A stretch of DNA of 64,000 nt from Xylographa opegraphella (Eukaryota), in contig JALDZX010000025.1 of assembly GCA_022813865.1 (NCBI GenBank), forward strand, positions 62,001-126,000. The letters are read 5' to 3'. Shown here in pieces: positions 39,120 through 52,044 of the stretch. The first letter of the stretch is position 1. Each line of letters starts with the position of its first letter. The translations under genes were made by a program, and so were the position numbers. The notes below the pieces were generated by a model. It saw only the letters and a list, made by a program, of their open reading frames with translations, was not told the origin of the DNA and did not search any database.

Positions 39120-40241
39120 GGTTGTGGTTTGTGATGCAACAGGGGAATGATGAAAGGTAGGGTATGTAAAGAGGTTGAGGATGAGTGTGCGTTGCGAAGC
39201 TAGTAGTGAGAGTTGCTGGGTTCAGCCTTATGCGCCAGCTAAGCGCCGAAGCGCGATTGCGGCTATCCCATGATTGAAAGTACAGTTCTAGGGTCACTCC
39301 CTGATAACAACACAGAAGAAACCCTACAATGGCTGCTATTCTCTAACGTCCAGGCGCTATTGGGCAGAACGACTTCACATCTATAGAATGTGTTTGTGTC
39401 TCAAATTCCTACAAATTTGGCATGATAACCTCAGCAGCATCTCCTCATGCCAGCCATAAACCACCAGGCCACATTATAGAGAGCCCCCCACCATCACCAT
39501 GAGAAGATACTGCCGACTATCGACAACAACCTTCCAGAAGCTTAGCTGAACCTTGCCTGGATAACAATACTGTCAATGTAGAGAAATCCTGGTATGGGAA
39601 ATAGAGGTCTCGTTCACACTCTGATACCTTTTCCACGTGCCTTACCTCAAAAGCGATATGCGACAATAATGCTGCGGCTGGCCGCGGGCGCAGATAGCAA
39701 AACGATACAGGTGTATGATATCTGGTATGATCTGTAGAGGTCGCGCCTCCTAACTTGGCTTTGGGAATGTAGTTGTGAGATCTAGTCGCATGAGATTAGG
39801 ACGTGATTCAGAGAGGCAGATGATCACACTTCTAATACTTAGATATCTCTATAGCTTAATATCAACTAGCAATACGGCATCTTCCGCTTTTTATTCTTCC
39901 AATTACTTGATACCGTTTACCTGAAAAGGAACCCGCACGCTTATCAGCTCTTTAAGTATTCATAGCCCGTAGGCATGTTCACAGCTCGTAGCCATTAAAT
40001 GGCAAGCTGGAAGTCAATCGAGCCAACAAGCTCAAGTCCCGGTGTTACTTTTAGAAGCCTCTCGCTCCCAATAACATTCATTATACTGTTGCCGACCCAA
40101 ATCGAAAGAAACCCACAAAGTATCCAGAGCCTGCGCTCGGGCGGCACCGATCCAAACTCACATCAATCAACGGCTTCAAGAAGCCATAGATTATTCAAGT
40201 AAAAGATACGACCCTTCTTCAGTGAAGTTGACTAAGCCATA

Positions 40242-43200
40242 TCAGCTGGCAGGCCAAACAAACATGCCATCTTTAGGCGTGGAACACAGTCTTCCATCCG
40301 TTATCATTGTCCCAGGATCAAGGTAGACTACGATTCCGGGACTCGTCTTGAGATCAAACACCCGCAAGATCATGTATACCGCTTTCGGAGTCTCTGTAGA
40401 TTCCTGGGACGAAAGCATGAGGTCTTGTGCCTATGCCAACATCCGCGTCAGTCACAACGCCGTGGGCAGAGGAATGTAGGTGCGAGAGCAATGAGGGGGA
40501 GTGGTTTGCACGTACCAGTTTATATTGCCAGTTGCTCATCGAGAAAGGCGCGTGGTGACCCTCTGTGGTCGCCTTGACTTCCAGGTAGTACGTCGGCGGC
40601 TCAGCGAGCCAGGCCTTGGACTCCTCGTGGCCTCTGTCCACCAGGAATGCCGTGAGCTGACCCCGTTTATCCTCGAACACGAAGTCTGATACCTCTGGGG
40701 CGTCATACGATTCGAAGTCTTTGTAGTCGGGATGCAATTTCGTGAAGGCCTTGAGATTGCTTGTCCAATGAGTCTCGTTAAAGTCTGGGACGGCGTTTTT
40801 GAGATACTCAAACGCCTAATCCTATTAGCATTGCTGTAGATATGTGTAGGTACTACTTACGAATTGCTCGCCAGACACCCCGATCTCGAAATCACGTGCG
40901 GCAGAGACGTTGTTCTGCCTCTGTGGGGCGTTCTTGGTTGCTCTGGAATTTCTCCCCTTACGCTTAGTAGGCTTATACTTGGCTATGTCCAACAAGTTCA
41001 CGGCCTCTACGGGGAATTCGGTACTCTGGCTGCCTCTTATCTTCAAACTCGTTTGCATCTCCTGGAATCGCTCTTTTGCGGATTTGATGTTCCTAACCAT
41101 TAGTTCGCGAGACAGTGGCGCCGCTGGTGACCGGTAAAGGCCACTTTCAGTCGTAGGTCCAGTGCCACTTGAAATCATTAAATTGGTCATCTGGAATTCT
41201 AGACTCGGTCTACTTTGAACCATAGCTGAGAATGTCGGAGTTATACGGTTAGTCGATACTCGTCTCGTGATGGATTCGCCATGTTCAACAATGGACTTCC
41301 CGCCTATTACGGCAGACTTTGATGAGTCACTGGTAGATCGTTGATTGGTGGCTATCTTGGATAAGGAAGGATAATCTTCCAGTGATTGCCCGGTACCTTC
41401 GGTATTACTAAGAGAATCCATCGAGATAAATTCTTCGTCCTGAAGCTTCGGAACTCCTTGGTAATCGAGAAGAGTGTCAACGACATCCTTGTTTGATTGC
41501 AGGATGACTCCAATGAAGAGACTTCGATCTAAGATCCCAAGGAACTTGGCGATCTCGTTTGGTAGGTATAGTTGATTGACGAGTTGAAGTTTGGCTTCCT
41601 CCACTGGCAGATATACATTAAGGCCATCAGCGAATGGTACAACCTGGAGCTCGCCTTCACTTTCTACAGATATCGTCTGTCCTTGATGTGTGAGGTATCT
41701 TCGGAGCGTAATCTTTGACACTCTGATAACTTTAAGTCCAAGAAGCTCCGACTGCTTCTGGAGCGTATCCTTCATCGCTTGGCTGGGACGCCAATATTGT
41801 GCGCATCTTCAGCCTGTCAGCGCTGTCTGTACACTAGCTACAAGCCTACAGCGGGAACTTACCTTGCCAAAGCATTGGCTTTACTACGGAACATTGTCGT
41901 GAGCCTATGATCGAGTTCTTGAGAGCCAGATGTGTTATAATCCTCCTCAACAACATTAGAAAGATACTTATTACGGAGGTTCAGTAGGTCGAATATTTTG
42001 TGAAGCTTATGAACCTCCCCGACAGAGAAATCGAGGATAGGGACCTTCCCAGTAAAGCTTTCGTGCAGGTAATGACGATCTGCGATGAAGAATGTACCGG
42101 TGGAGCTTGTCCACGATATTTGCGAGTCAGATATTCCAGTATGAATGGGCAGACAAGCCGTCAATTTGAGCTCTCTTTGCTTCCGCGCCGTAGTCGGGCG
42201 CAAATCTTATCAAAGTGGTGAAAAGAGACTTGATCATTCCCACATCGCTCGTATCGGACCCCCATGAGGTTCTTTTGATCTCTTCGACAATCATGTCCAG
42301 CGTAGCATTTTCTACGCCTAATGACAGCCGGAAAAATTTCTCACAGTCTGGCCAGATGCCAGAGAGCGCGATCTTGCTTCGAAGCCTCAGAGGAGCATTC
42401 CACACACATGCGGACATAGCAATCCAGCTCGCATTATCAAGAGACCATTTCAGTATCAAGTCTTCGTGCAAAAATGCCTTTCTAGTAAAATTAGTAGAAG
42501 AATATAGTCGTGGGCAGAAGCTTTGGTTACCGTAGAGCAGCTTGATCTTGAATTTCAGCGAGCGCCTGATAGATCCTGAAAACCTGGGTTCGGTCGACGT
42601 GATTGGTGTCTTTGATACACTTAAGTGCCTCAATATAGAACCCCACAGTGACTTTCATGCCTACCCCTAAAGGCTGTAGCAGCTTAATCCAACCTTCATA
42701 ACTAGGATCATCCACTTTGATAATTGGTGGTTCAATGTCGAACTTGGCACAGACGGTCCGTATTGCAGGGGTCGGGAATACTGTCTCGTCAAGCTTTCGA
42801 ACTTTCCCATCCACACATATCACCTTTGTGCCCGCGAGTTCCTCGCAGACATTTGGATGATTTGAGGGTTTGTATCGCCGTTTGGGATCTCTGAGAATGT
42901 TTAACCACGTAACGGAATCGTGATGCTTGATAATAGATTTAAAAGCACGGGAAAGACCTCCCTCTTCGACGAGCCGTGGCTGGGTTGACAGAGATAAGGT
43001 TTCGACCAACCACTGTAACCAAGAAGCTTGCTCATTTCCTCGGACGATAGTGATATAGTCTGAGTGGATAAATCTCAAACAATCAGGGTCTTTCGAGAAA
43101 AGGTCAGCGAAAAAATTCTGGCCGGGAATCTCAATGTAAAGATCCTTGGGCTTCACCCATGTTTTGGCCCCGTCATACACCCATATCAGTGAGTACGGAA

Positions 43201-45135
43201 GTAGAGGCTTTGTAGATCGTGCTCGATAAAGGTACACTAGATGCATGGCGGCGTCTCTACTACTGCTGAGGCTTTGATATCCTGTTTGATGCTTCCGTAG
43301 AATCAGGTTTGAGATTTCATAGCTACTGCAAGTCTTTATGCCCAGATTATTGTAAAGCCTAAGTCGTCCAGGATTGGTGGTTGCATATTTATCTACAAGC
43401 TGGATGTCGATGCCAGTGGGCGTGGACATTCCGTCTGGCTGATCCAAGAATACCGCCTCTTTGACAGATGCCATTGATATCCATCTTCCGTCCCTGAGAG
43501 GTACAAGAGGAAGGTGGGATATCTGAGTTGACCAACGAGAATGTGAGAGGGTATTAAGGGCTTTTGCGACATCCTCATGCCATTTTTGATCCGCGTCATT
43601 CGTTTTAGTTGTCTTAGTTGGGTATAATGTTTTCAACTTGTTCAGAAAATCCTGGTCTGCAAATTCAGTCACTCCAAGTTTCCGCAGTGAGTCTTGATCG
43701 GTGAACCAAGAATACTTAGGAGACAGGTAAAGCCGTAGCTCTGATTGGTCTGATATCATTATAGGAGAGCCTTTACGATTAAGAAATCTTGGAGGGATAT
43801 GGACAAGAAGTCGTGGTTCTTCTAGCGAACCTGTCCAAGAATATAGAACTTTGGTATCAGTCAAAGCTTCTCTCAATGTATCGGAGAGGGGAGACAAGAA
43901 TGAATGCGGTAAACGATCTGGGAGGTACCGAGTCCAAGAGTAACGCAACGAGGGTTTCTCGTTGAGCTTCTTGACTGCCTGGCAGAAGGCTATAGGGATT
44001 CCAGATAGTAAGTTTTGATTCCACGGGCAACGGAGAATATCCTCTCTGCTTGCGGGAAGCAGAAAGTCCGCTTGAATCATGAACTGGTTGATAGCAATTA
44101 GTATAAAAACCAACTCAACATCTATCGAAGCGCGCAATGCACACCTTAAACCCATAATCTCGTAGTGGCAGAATCGCGTGTGCATTTTGTGTTGCGCCCA
44201 AGGGACTGTCATCTGCTGACATTGGAAATCCAAGCACGATTTCAGTCTCTGATACTCCTTTTCTCTTAGGCTCGCTTGCGTAAGCTTGCATCTTGTGTTT
44301 TGCCACGATGTACGACACCTTGGTGGTAACCTCCGTGCCACTCTCTTCCTTATCTTTAGTGGTAAGATAAAGCAGATCACCCTGCTGATTTGGCTCACAG
44401 CAAATCTCTTTGTATGCCTTGGCCCCAAAATCGATCCGCAAGTGCCGGAGGCGTCTTAAGAACATGAGCAGTGTTGGGGGTAGGCTCTTGAACTCCTCCT
44501 CCAAGTGCTCTGCCTTTTCTTGTGTCTGAAGCTCTAGAAGAATTTGCGTGTGGCCATCGAGATATTCGTGCGAAGGGAAGACGGCTGGAATCGGCGCGAT
44601 CATGCCTAGGTCCTTGCTCCTGTCAAACTTGAACGAGTAGGGACCGGAAGAGATGGCCACAATATTCGCGATTTTCCAACAGCTCTTGAAGCCAATGCCC
44701 TTCTCCCCGATACAGCCTTCGATGGGTTTTGTGCTTTGACCTATACTGCATATTGCTTTGACATCGGCCTCACTGAAACCTTTCTCGTTACAATCAACAC
44801 GGAGCGTCATTGGTTGGAGGTGGAAATGCAGTTTTGGTTTAATCCCAGGCTCATAAGAATTGTCGTCTGCATTTTGTATCATCTCTAGGACACAATGAGC
44901 GTCCTTGGTATTGAGCTCTTCCGACAGTCTGCTTATATCAGTATACGACAAAGTTCGAGTGCTGGATTCTAACATACAATTTTACCGAATTCCGGAGATT
45001 AATGTGGAGTTCCTTCAGAGCGACTGCGAGATCGGGATTTCGCTTCAGCTCTTCAATTAGATCGCCTTCTATTATGCCATGTCCTTTTCTAATCCTCTTG
45101 ATCACTTCCTCCGCTTCAAGGACATCAGAGGCCAT
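40242..45135 (-). CDS. Sacsin/NO VEIN-like GHKL ATPase with C-terminal DUF3883-like nuclease domain; apparent frameshift
   Basis: LEMIQNADDN, CNEKGF..DVKAICSIGQSTK, IGEKGIGFKS, FMIQADFLL; C-terminus GVSGEQF..SDF..TYYLEVKAT..FSMSNWQY..YMILRVF. Six canonical introns, but no intron explains the frame change at 42130-42206. Confidence 0.85.
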
Positions 45136-45714
45136 ATTGTCTGCTCGGGATAGAGTGATGGAGGGAAGAGTTGTGCAAAGAAATTGAACAGTGATGTGTT
45201 ATGCGCAGTACTCGAAGATGGTCGCGTTTATCAAAAGCGACACTTTTTCACCATGGTCGTGCGGCGAAATCGAAGAAAGTGGGGAGGTGTAGCCCGAACG
45301 ATAGGAACGCAAGGCAAACAGGCTTGAATTGTGTTGAACCCAGCGCTAAAACGTGGCAAACTGCAAGACACACCTAGCTTACGCAGCTCGCTCAAAAAGC
45401 AACTCACCGAGCCCAATTGCGAGCGACGGCTGGCTACAGCTCTGTAAGCATCGACCTGGAAATCAGCAGCCAGAAAAGTCACTTCGACAGCAGCACTCCG
45501 AAACATAACTGCATGTTGTGTTCACTCGTGCCCGAGACTTCGGAGACGCTTATTTGCAATATCGGAGTCGAGTCTGCACCATACAATATCAACAGGGGCT
45601 GCCACGTATTCTCTAAAGGAAAAACACACCATCAAACCGTCGAATCGCGTCAACTGCGTCCTCAATCTGCAACCATCAGCTCCCCGTAACCCAAGCACTC
45701 GTGCAAGTACAGCC

Positions 45715-46017
45715 TCACCACTTCACCGTCTCCACAGACAGAGCACCAACGCGCAGATTGAAGGAATAGGCCAGTATGCAGCACAGATCCGAGTCGTACC
45801 GCATGAGGTGCAGCAAATCCATAGTGGACGGCAGGCAGAGCGCAATCTTCCTCTTAATCTCTGCTGGGAGATCACACCACGTCGTGCGAGTACTGTTCGC
45901 CAGGATGCCGCGGCCGAAGTCTCCGCGGGTGGTGGTGGTGGAAGTGGGGTGCGGATATGCTTTGTTGGTCATTGAAACGGGACCGGTGGGCGGTGGGGTG
46001 GCTTTTTGGGTGGTCAT
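45715..46017 (-). CDS. Small protein with an F-box-like motif
   Basis: WCDLPAEIKRKIALCLPSTMDLLHL matches the LPxEI..I...L...DL..L F-box pattern. A possible intron (branch GCTGAT, acceptor GCAG) would extend it with IEDAVDAIRRFDGVFFL*. Confidence 0.45.
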   Translation of the reverse strand: MTTQKATPPPTGPVSMTNKAYPHPTSTTTTRGDFGRGILANSTRTTWCDLPAEIKRKIALCLPSTMDLLHLMRYDSDLCCILAYSFNLRVGALSVETVKW

Positions 46018-46271
46018 GGTTGAATACTGAGTCGGGCGAGGTTTGTGGCTGAGTGGAGGTGGAGAAGGAAGAAGATAAACATTCCTGGAGGTGGCGTTGC
46101 ACTTAGACTTTGATACAGAGTTTCGCTTTTGAATTGTCCCGCCATTCGCTGATAGTCGATGTATGAAGAGTAACTTGAAGCTGCCGTTGATATCACCGGC
46201 TGCCCGCCATTTCATGATAAGCGTTCCTCGACGTTCTTGAGGGAATACGACTTTTGCCGGTCGAGACGTTG

Positions 46272-47016
46272 TCATCGCATGACAGGAGGTCTACTCTCCT
46301 TGTTCCACTTCACTCGACTCCTCACCCACTCCACTGCCTCCTTGACGCCAATTCCCGTCAAAGCACTGATGGGCAGCACCCTACTATCTCGAACTCCACC
46401 ACCTTTCTCGCCCTCGAAAACAGGCCTCACGAGGCCCTCCTTGATCCGCACAGTCTCCACACAGTCCTCTCGGTCCTGCTTATTCGCGAGTACCAGTATC
46501 GGCACGCCCGACGTGTCCGACGATCCGAGCACAGACTCCAAGACCAGCTTACACTCTTCCAAGCGTCCGAGATGGGAAGTCGTGCCTTCGGTCCTCGCAG
46601 ACGAAGCATTCCCGTTCTTCCGCGACGCCAGATAGGATAGGTCGGCGTCCCCGATGTCCGAGCTGTCGACGACGAAGATGATGGCGTGGCAGCTGCTGTA
46701 GTAGCTTTGCCACAGCTTCCGCAGAGAGTGTTGGCCTCCTACATCCCAGATCTTGAGGTACATGTCGGGCAAAGTGATGGTGGAGACATTCTGCCCGACT
46801 GTAGGGACCGTCTTGCTAGCGGTGAGAGGGTGGTCGGGTAGATAGAGGGATTTGATCGACGAGAGGAGGGTCGTTTTGCCGGCGTTGTCGAGTCCGAGGA
46901 GGAGGATTGAGTACTCTGGCGCAGTGATTTAGCGATGATGACTGCTGTAGAAGCAGAATTTACCGACCTTCTTTGCTTGTAGCATACAGGTAGAGTGATT
47001 TGGCTAAGTGGTACAT
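46272..47016 (-). CDS. ARL3: ARF-like small GTPase Arl3/ARFRP1
   Basis: MYHLAKSLYLYATSKE|EYSILLLGLDNAGKTT, PTVGQN, WDVGGQ, LANKQD, ISALTG. The non-myristoylated MY start is typical of Arl3/ARFRP1. Confidence 0.93.
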
Positions 47017-48474
47017 GGATACGGCTCAATTTGCCTGTAGGTAGGAAAAGTCTTGGGCTCGCTGAGCATTCGGGGTGCACAAGCTGCGGCAACGTGGAGG
47101 AGAACTGCGTCAAGGCCATGTTTCATCCGCAACGACAGGGATCTGGCTTAGCTCCCGGTGTTTGCCCTAGATACTGATCTACAGGGAGGTGTTTACTTCG
47201 ACTACGCGCAGTTACAGAAAGTACTCAACTAAAAGTGAACAGCCTTTCAATCTCGGCTACCTGCATCAAGTGAGAGCCTTTCGGTCTCGCTCAAGACACA
47301 CCTGGAATTCTAAGATATTGAACCATGCAACCAAATCCAGAACCGATCTCTCCGGCCTATCACGAAAAGTACAACAAATAACCAAGCCTATAAGCAAGCT
47401 TCACCAGCTCACTCAGTAGCGTTACTCTAAACTGATGGTTATGCATTGTGTCAAGGACTTCAGCAGTTGCAGAGGGGGGACGAGGATGGTGTCGAGCAAG
47501 CAGGAGGTGAGGAAGTGAGAGTATCTAGAGATGCGAGCGAGGGCCTCTGTGCGCGCGGTTCGCTCGAGGACGGACCAGAGATGTAGGCTGTGAGTTCTCG
47601 TTGAGAGGTATACCAAAGCCGCAAGAAAACGAAGAGGCTACCATACCGAGTGTGATGATTGGAAACATTACCCCGTATTCAATCATAAACCCGCAATCGG
47701 GGAGCAAGGCGCAAGGAAGCCAAAGGCAAAAGCATCATTTGTACAGCAAACCCCCATCCACGAATCTATGTACCTAAATACCCCCCTCCCATCCCACCTC
47801 CACCCTTAACCCCATTCATCCATCTAGCGCATTAGCGAACAAAACATTAAAAGCAAACCCAGTCGTCGTGAAGACGCGAATCCCCATATTTCGGGCTGGC
47901 ATTAGCGCCCCTGATCTTCCTCCCTTCCCTCCCCCCGAGAACCCCTGGTAAAAAAAACCCCGACTCTAAAGGTTCCGCGGTCCAAGCCTGGGCGACGGTG
48001 GCAGACCGAAGGGACAGAGGAAATGTGGGTATCATCAAACGTCTATGGCGAGTGTCACGGAAGGAAAAGAAGAAAGCAGGCGTGACGGCGAGGTCGTGCT
48101 GGCACGGAGAGCGGGAACAGCGAGGCGTAGCTCAAATAGCTCATGATAGTACAGCCTGGTGGTGCGTATTAAATATCTTGCCGAAAGAGAAGGTTGCAAT
48201 CAGATAGAAGCACGGGCGCACGTCCTGGAAGATCTATTATTGACGGCAACAGCCGAGCGATGCACATCATCTGACACTGTCGTGTGTCATCCGAAGTGGC
48301 GCCGGTTTCCAGCGGGTAGCGTCGGCTAAGCAAGTTGCGCTGCGAAAAGGATCGCTCGGCATTTTTGCTGTGGGTCATCAATCCCACACGCTCTAGCTCC
48401 AGGATCCAGCCGTTGTCTGGAGCCTGCAAAAAGATTCGGCAAGGCCAATGGACTCCACACCGAAGCTGGCCAGA

Positions 48475-49251
48475 TCAAAATGTACTCCAGTTCCAGTCGC
48501 GTGGCACGCTAGTGGCCAACGGGGACTTCGGGCCCTCCGCGCCTGCACGTGCCCCCGAGGTGCCAATCACCGGCGTGTTGGGCATCGTCGTCGAACCGGA
48601 GCTGATGCTGTTCTGGCGAGAAGCGCGTGTCTGGCGCCACCGCCGGTACTGTTCGTAGCAGTGTTTGCAGGCTCGTGACTCGGCGCCGTCGGGGTGGAAC
48701 TCGGCAGCCTGGTCCAGAGGGACGGTGAAATGGGAGTGGGTGTTGCAGAAGACGTGTCCGCAGTGTCGACAGTGATGCCGCCGCTCGAAAAGAGAGAAGG
48801 TTTTCTGGCAGATTGGCGCGTCGCAGATGGTAGCATTCACATCGGGTTTCCAATGGCTGCGCGTCGGCAATCCCGTCACTTCTCCAAGCGGTTGTGCTGC
48901 GACAGGTTGTTCTTCTATGCCTTGCCCTGCTATTCCTTTGTCCTGGCTATCGGTGGACGAGCGGCTGGGTGGTTTGATGATCCTCTCCTCGTCCAAGCTG
49001 TCCGTGCTTCCATGGACGCTTCGAGGCGGAGTGAGGGGCGAGGGACGGTGTGGTCGTTCCGTGGGTCGTAGTACCGCGGGAACGTACATGGGGGATTTGG
49101 GAGTTCGGATCTGGCGCGTCGCGAGGGGGAGTTGTGGAAGCATGTTTGGGTTTCGCGGAGAGGTTGGCGACACATTCAAGGGCGTTGTGGGATTTGAGTA
49201 GGCGGGCGACAGTTTCTGGGCCCCATAGAGGTGGAGTTGCGTGTCTGCCAT
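48475..49251 (-). CDS. PIB2: FYVE-domain TORC1 regulator Pib2 orthologue (compact)
   Basis: PMYVPAVLRP (E-motif-like), FYVE WKPD...RRHHCRHCGHVFC...RAC, C-terminal tail SVPRDWNWSTF. Upstream in-frame ATG at 49290 is possible. Confidence 0.82.
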   Translation of the reverse strand: MADTQLHLYGAQKLSPAYSNPTTPLNVSPTSPRNPNMLPQLPLATRQIRTPKSPMYVPAVLRPTERPHRPSPLTPPRSVHGSTDSLDEERIIKPPSRSSTDSQDKGIAGQGIEEQPVAAQPLGEVTGLPTRSHWKPDVNATICDAPICQKTFSLFERRHHCRHCGHVFCNTHSHFTVPLDQAAEFHPDGAESRACKHCYEQYRRWRQTRASRQNSISSGSTTMPNTPVIGTSGARAGAEGPKSPLATSVPRDWNWSTF

Positions 49252-49846
49252 GGTGGTGAAGGTTTGGGTGTTGTTCGAGTTTTTCAACATGATTGTGCTC
49301 TGCCCCCAGAGGTATTTGATGGATGTCGCGTGATTCACAGCGGATCCCAAGCAGCCCTTGCGTTACGGATATGCTGGTTGGGCTTCGCAAGACATGGATT
49401 CGTCGACAGCAGCTGCAGGATGGGGAAGTGCAGAGGAGAAATCGAGTCGGAGATATGGATGCAGGTCGGGTCGCACGACTCGGCAGCAAGAGTGCCCAAT
49501 GGGACGAATGGTGGGTGTACGGCGTTAATTGCAGGCTCTTCCACCAGACATGCGACCGAGTGTTGCGCAAGCTATTGGAGACTCCTAAAAGGGTGGAAGG
49601 CGTCAGAGGCGCACGTCGGGGGGACGGGCGTGGTTGATGTTGGAAATGATTTCTAGAAATCCCACGCCGGGATACGTGCGGGAGGAAACAATGACATTCG
49701 ATGGACAGGGGAGGGGGGGGGCGATCGCTTCTCCCGTGGCACACCAGAAGGAGCGGATCGAGTGGCTGAAACGATGGGGCCGAGTGGATGGGGCGATCTG
49801 TGGGTTTGCTTTCTCCTCGACCGCCTTTTGTCACATGCGCTGCCAG

Positions 49847-49848
<2 letters not shown>

Positions 49849-49884
<36 letters not shown>
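49849..49884. repeat. (AG)18 microsatellite upstream of PIB2
   Basis: Direct reading. Confidence 0.97.
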
Positions 49885-49889
<5 letters not shown>

Positions 49890-52044
49890 TGTGTGGTGTG
49901 AATGTTGGGCTTTTGGACAAATGATGGGAATTTGGATCTGGGGATGAGGGCTTTATTACTATTGGATGTGTATTAGACTTCTGGGCGTTCAAGCTTGCTG
50001 ATCGCTAAGAGCACGGCTAAGATATAGAGCTTGGAGGCTAAATGGGGGCAAGAGGACGAAGGGGACGAGGGACGAGGATGCTTTGGGTAGCAGGTCGCAT
50101 GAGCCATCAGGGTCTTCCGCAGACAATCATCCTCATCTCCCACTTCTAGTTCTCCTGACCAGTCACTCTTCGTCGTGTTCCTCGGATTAGTCACTCTTGA
50201 CAAGATCCTCCTCCTCCTTTCTTCTCCTACCATCAAAAAGCCCCATCCGTCGAAACACAACGCGATGAGCTGTCAAAAAAAGACGTTGCTATCGCGCAGC
50301 TGCACATGCCACGTCGCGACTGCCGGCATACAAACATGTGAGTTTTCCCATTCGCTTTCGTCACCGCCAAGCCTTGGCGTCCGATAAGCATAACGCCGCT
50401 TATTGGCCAGCACGTCTGACCGCTTTCCCACACGCTGCGGAATAACCGGGTCGCGGTTGGGCCTGGTCCCTGTCGGACACGCCATGGGGCCAGAGGGAAG
50501 TGCCGGCCTTGGCTTATTCTGCTGCCGCTGATTTGCCACGAGCGGTCCCGGTCTAGCGGAACGCGACCCCCGGAAGTCCCCCATGTCACTGCTCCGGAAG
50601 GATCGTGCATGTTTTGACGGACTGGTGAATTAATTCATTCATCTTCGACGTGATTGGTGAGTGAGGAATGTAAATCGATGGACGTTCTCCGGTCACGGAA
50701 CAGCTTGCTGCGAGTGCGTCCTCTGTTTTCATCGCGACAGAGTACGACCGCAGACTTCTGAACGTGGCCCTGGTGCGCTGAGCTCTCTTTCGGTCATGAC
50801 AGGTGGGGGAGTATTCCCACATGAGTAGAGTGTGGATAGATGAAGGATTGCAATCAATCTGTACTTGACTTTCACTTGGGTAATGACATGGCAACAATAT
50901 GATTGCTTTACGCTCATGTCTCTACATTTGTAGTGAGAAGAGTAATCTGCGAGAGTGCAAAGAAGCAAGAAGGCGCAGGTGATTCTTGATTGAACCAGCT
51001 CATCGGACGAGACTGCCAACACGTCGGCTCAAGATGTTCGTTACAACCCGCAACAGAAATAGGACCGATATGTAGTCTGATGCAGACCACCAGGATTACT
51101 TCTCTGTCGCCGGTTGACAACAGGGACCATGATGCAGTGTAACGGTACCGAGCCTGATAACCTGCACCACGTCTCCAGCTTCGCCATTCTTGTCTACATT
51201 TGGCATGCATCGAGAGCTGAACTGGTTGGTGCAGAGCACGAACTGCACTGCCATCCGCCTGTTTCCCTTCATGTTCTTGAAATCTCGTGGTGGTCCACTC
51301 AGTCTCGGCTGAATGATGTCGGTGTACCAACTCAAAGTCCATCGCCGAAACGGGCCGAACACCGGTTTCCATCGACCCAATCACATCGCTGTACATGATA
51401 TATATCACATATGTAATGATAATAGCCTTATACTTCACATAGAATTAATACCACGTATAATATCGTGGATGCCATGAAACAAGGAGCGCCTCCGGGCCAT
51501 TAAAAAAAGACCTCTCGCCGCTTCTTTGAGCCTGTAAATCGTTGCGCCTAATGCGCTGAATTCTGAGCCCATCGTTTGCGGCTCTAAAGCAGGCCCCGCT
51601 TCTGTAAGATTGTACTGAGCAGAGTCTACTCTGTAAGTATACTCAAACAGGACAGAGAAAGCACCGCTGCTGTATACGCCGTTGGCCGATCCACATACAA
51701 CAGTGGTTGCAAAGCCATCTGCCAGATGGCACGGCGTTCCTGCCCGTCCAAGTAAGTAAAGTATATCCAGGATCCGGAGCAGCGCTCAATGGCACTCAAG
51801 ACTCCAAGGTACGGATCTTGGGAGACCTTGCGCATGTGCTTCACGGAGAAGCCTCATGAGTACAGGACCCCGGCCGTTGACGGCCCATGACATATTGGAG
51901 GTCGTCAACCGCAATGGTGAGGTGCAGATGGAAGAAAGCCACAAAGGTCGCGAGCTCGCTCCATCGAGGCGGAATCGCTGACTGCAGTACTCCGTTACGC
52001 TTGCGCACTGCAGTCAAGGCAACCCAACAGCGTTCAATCTGCCA

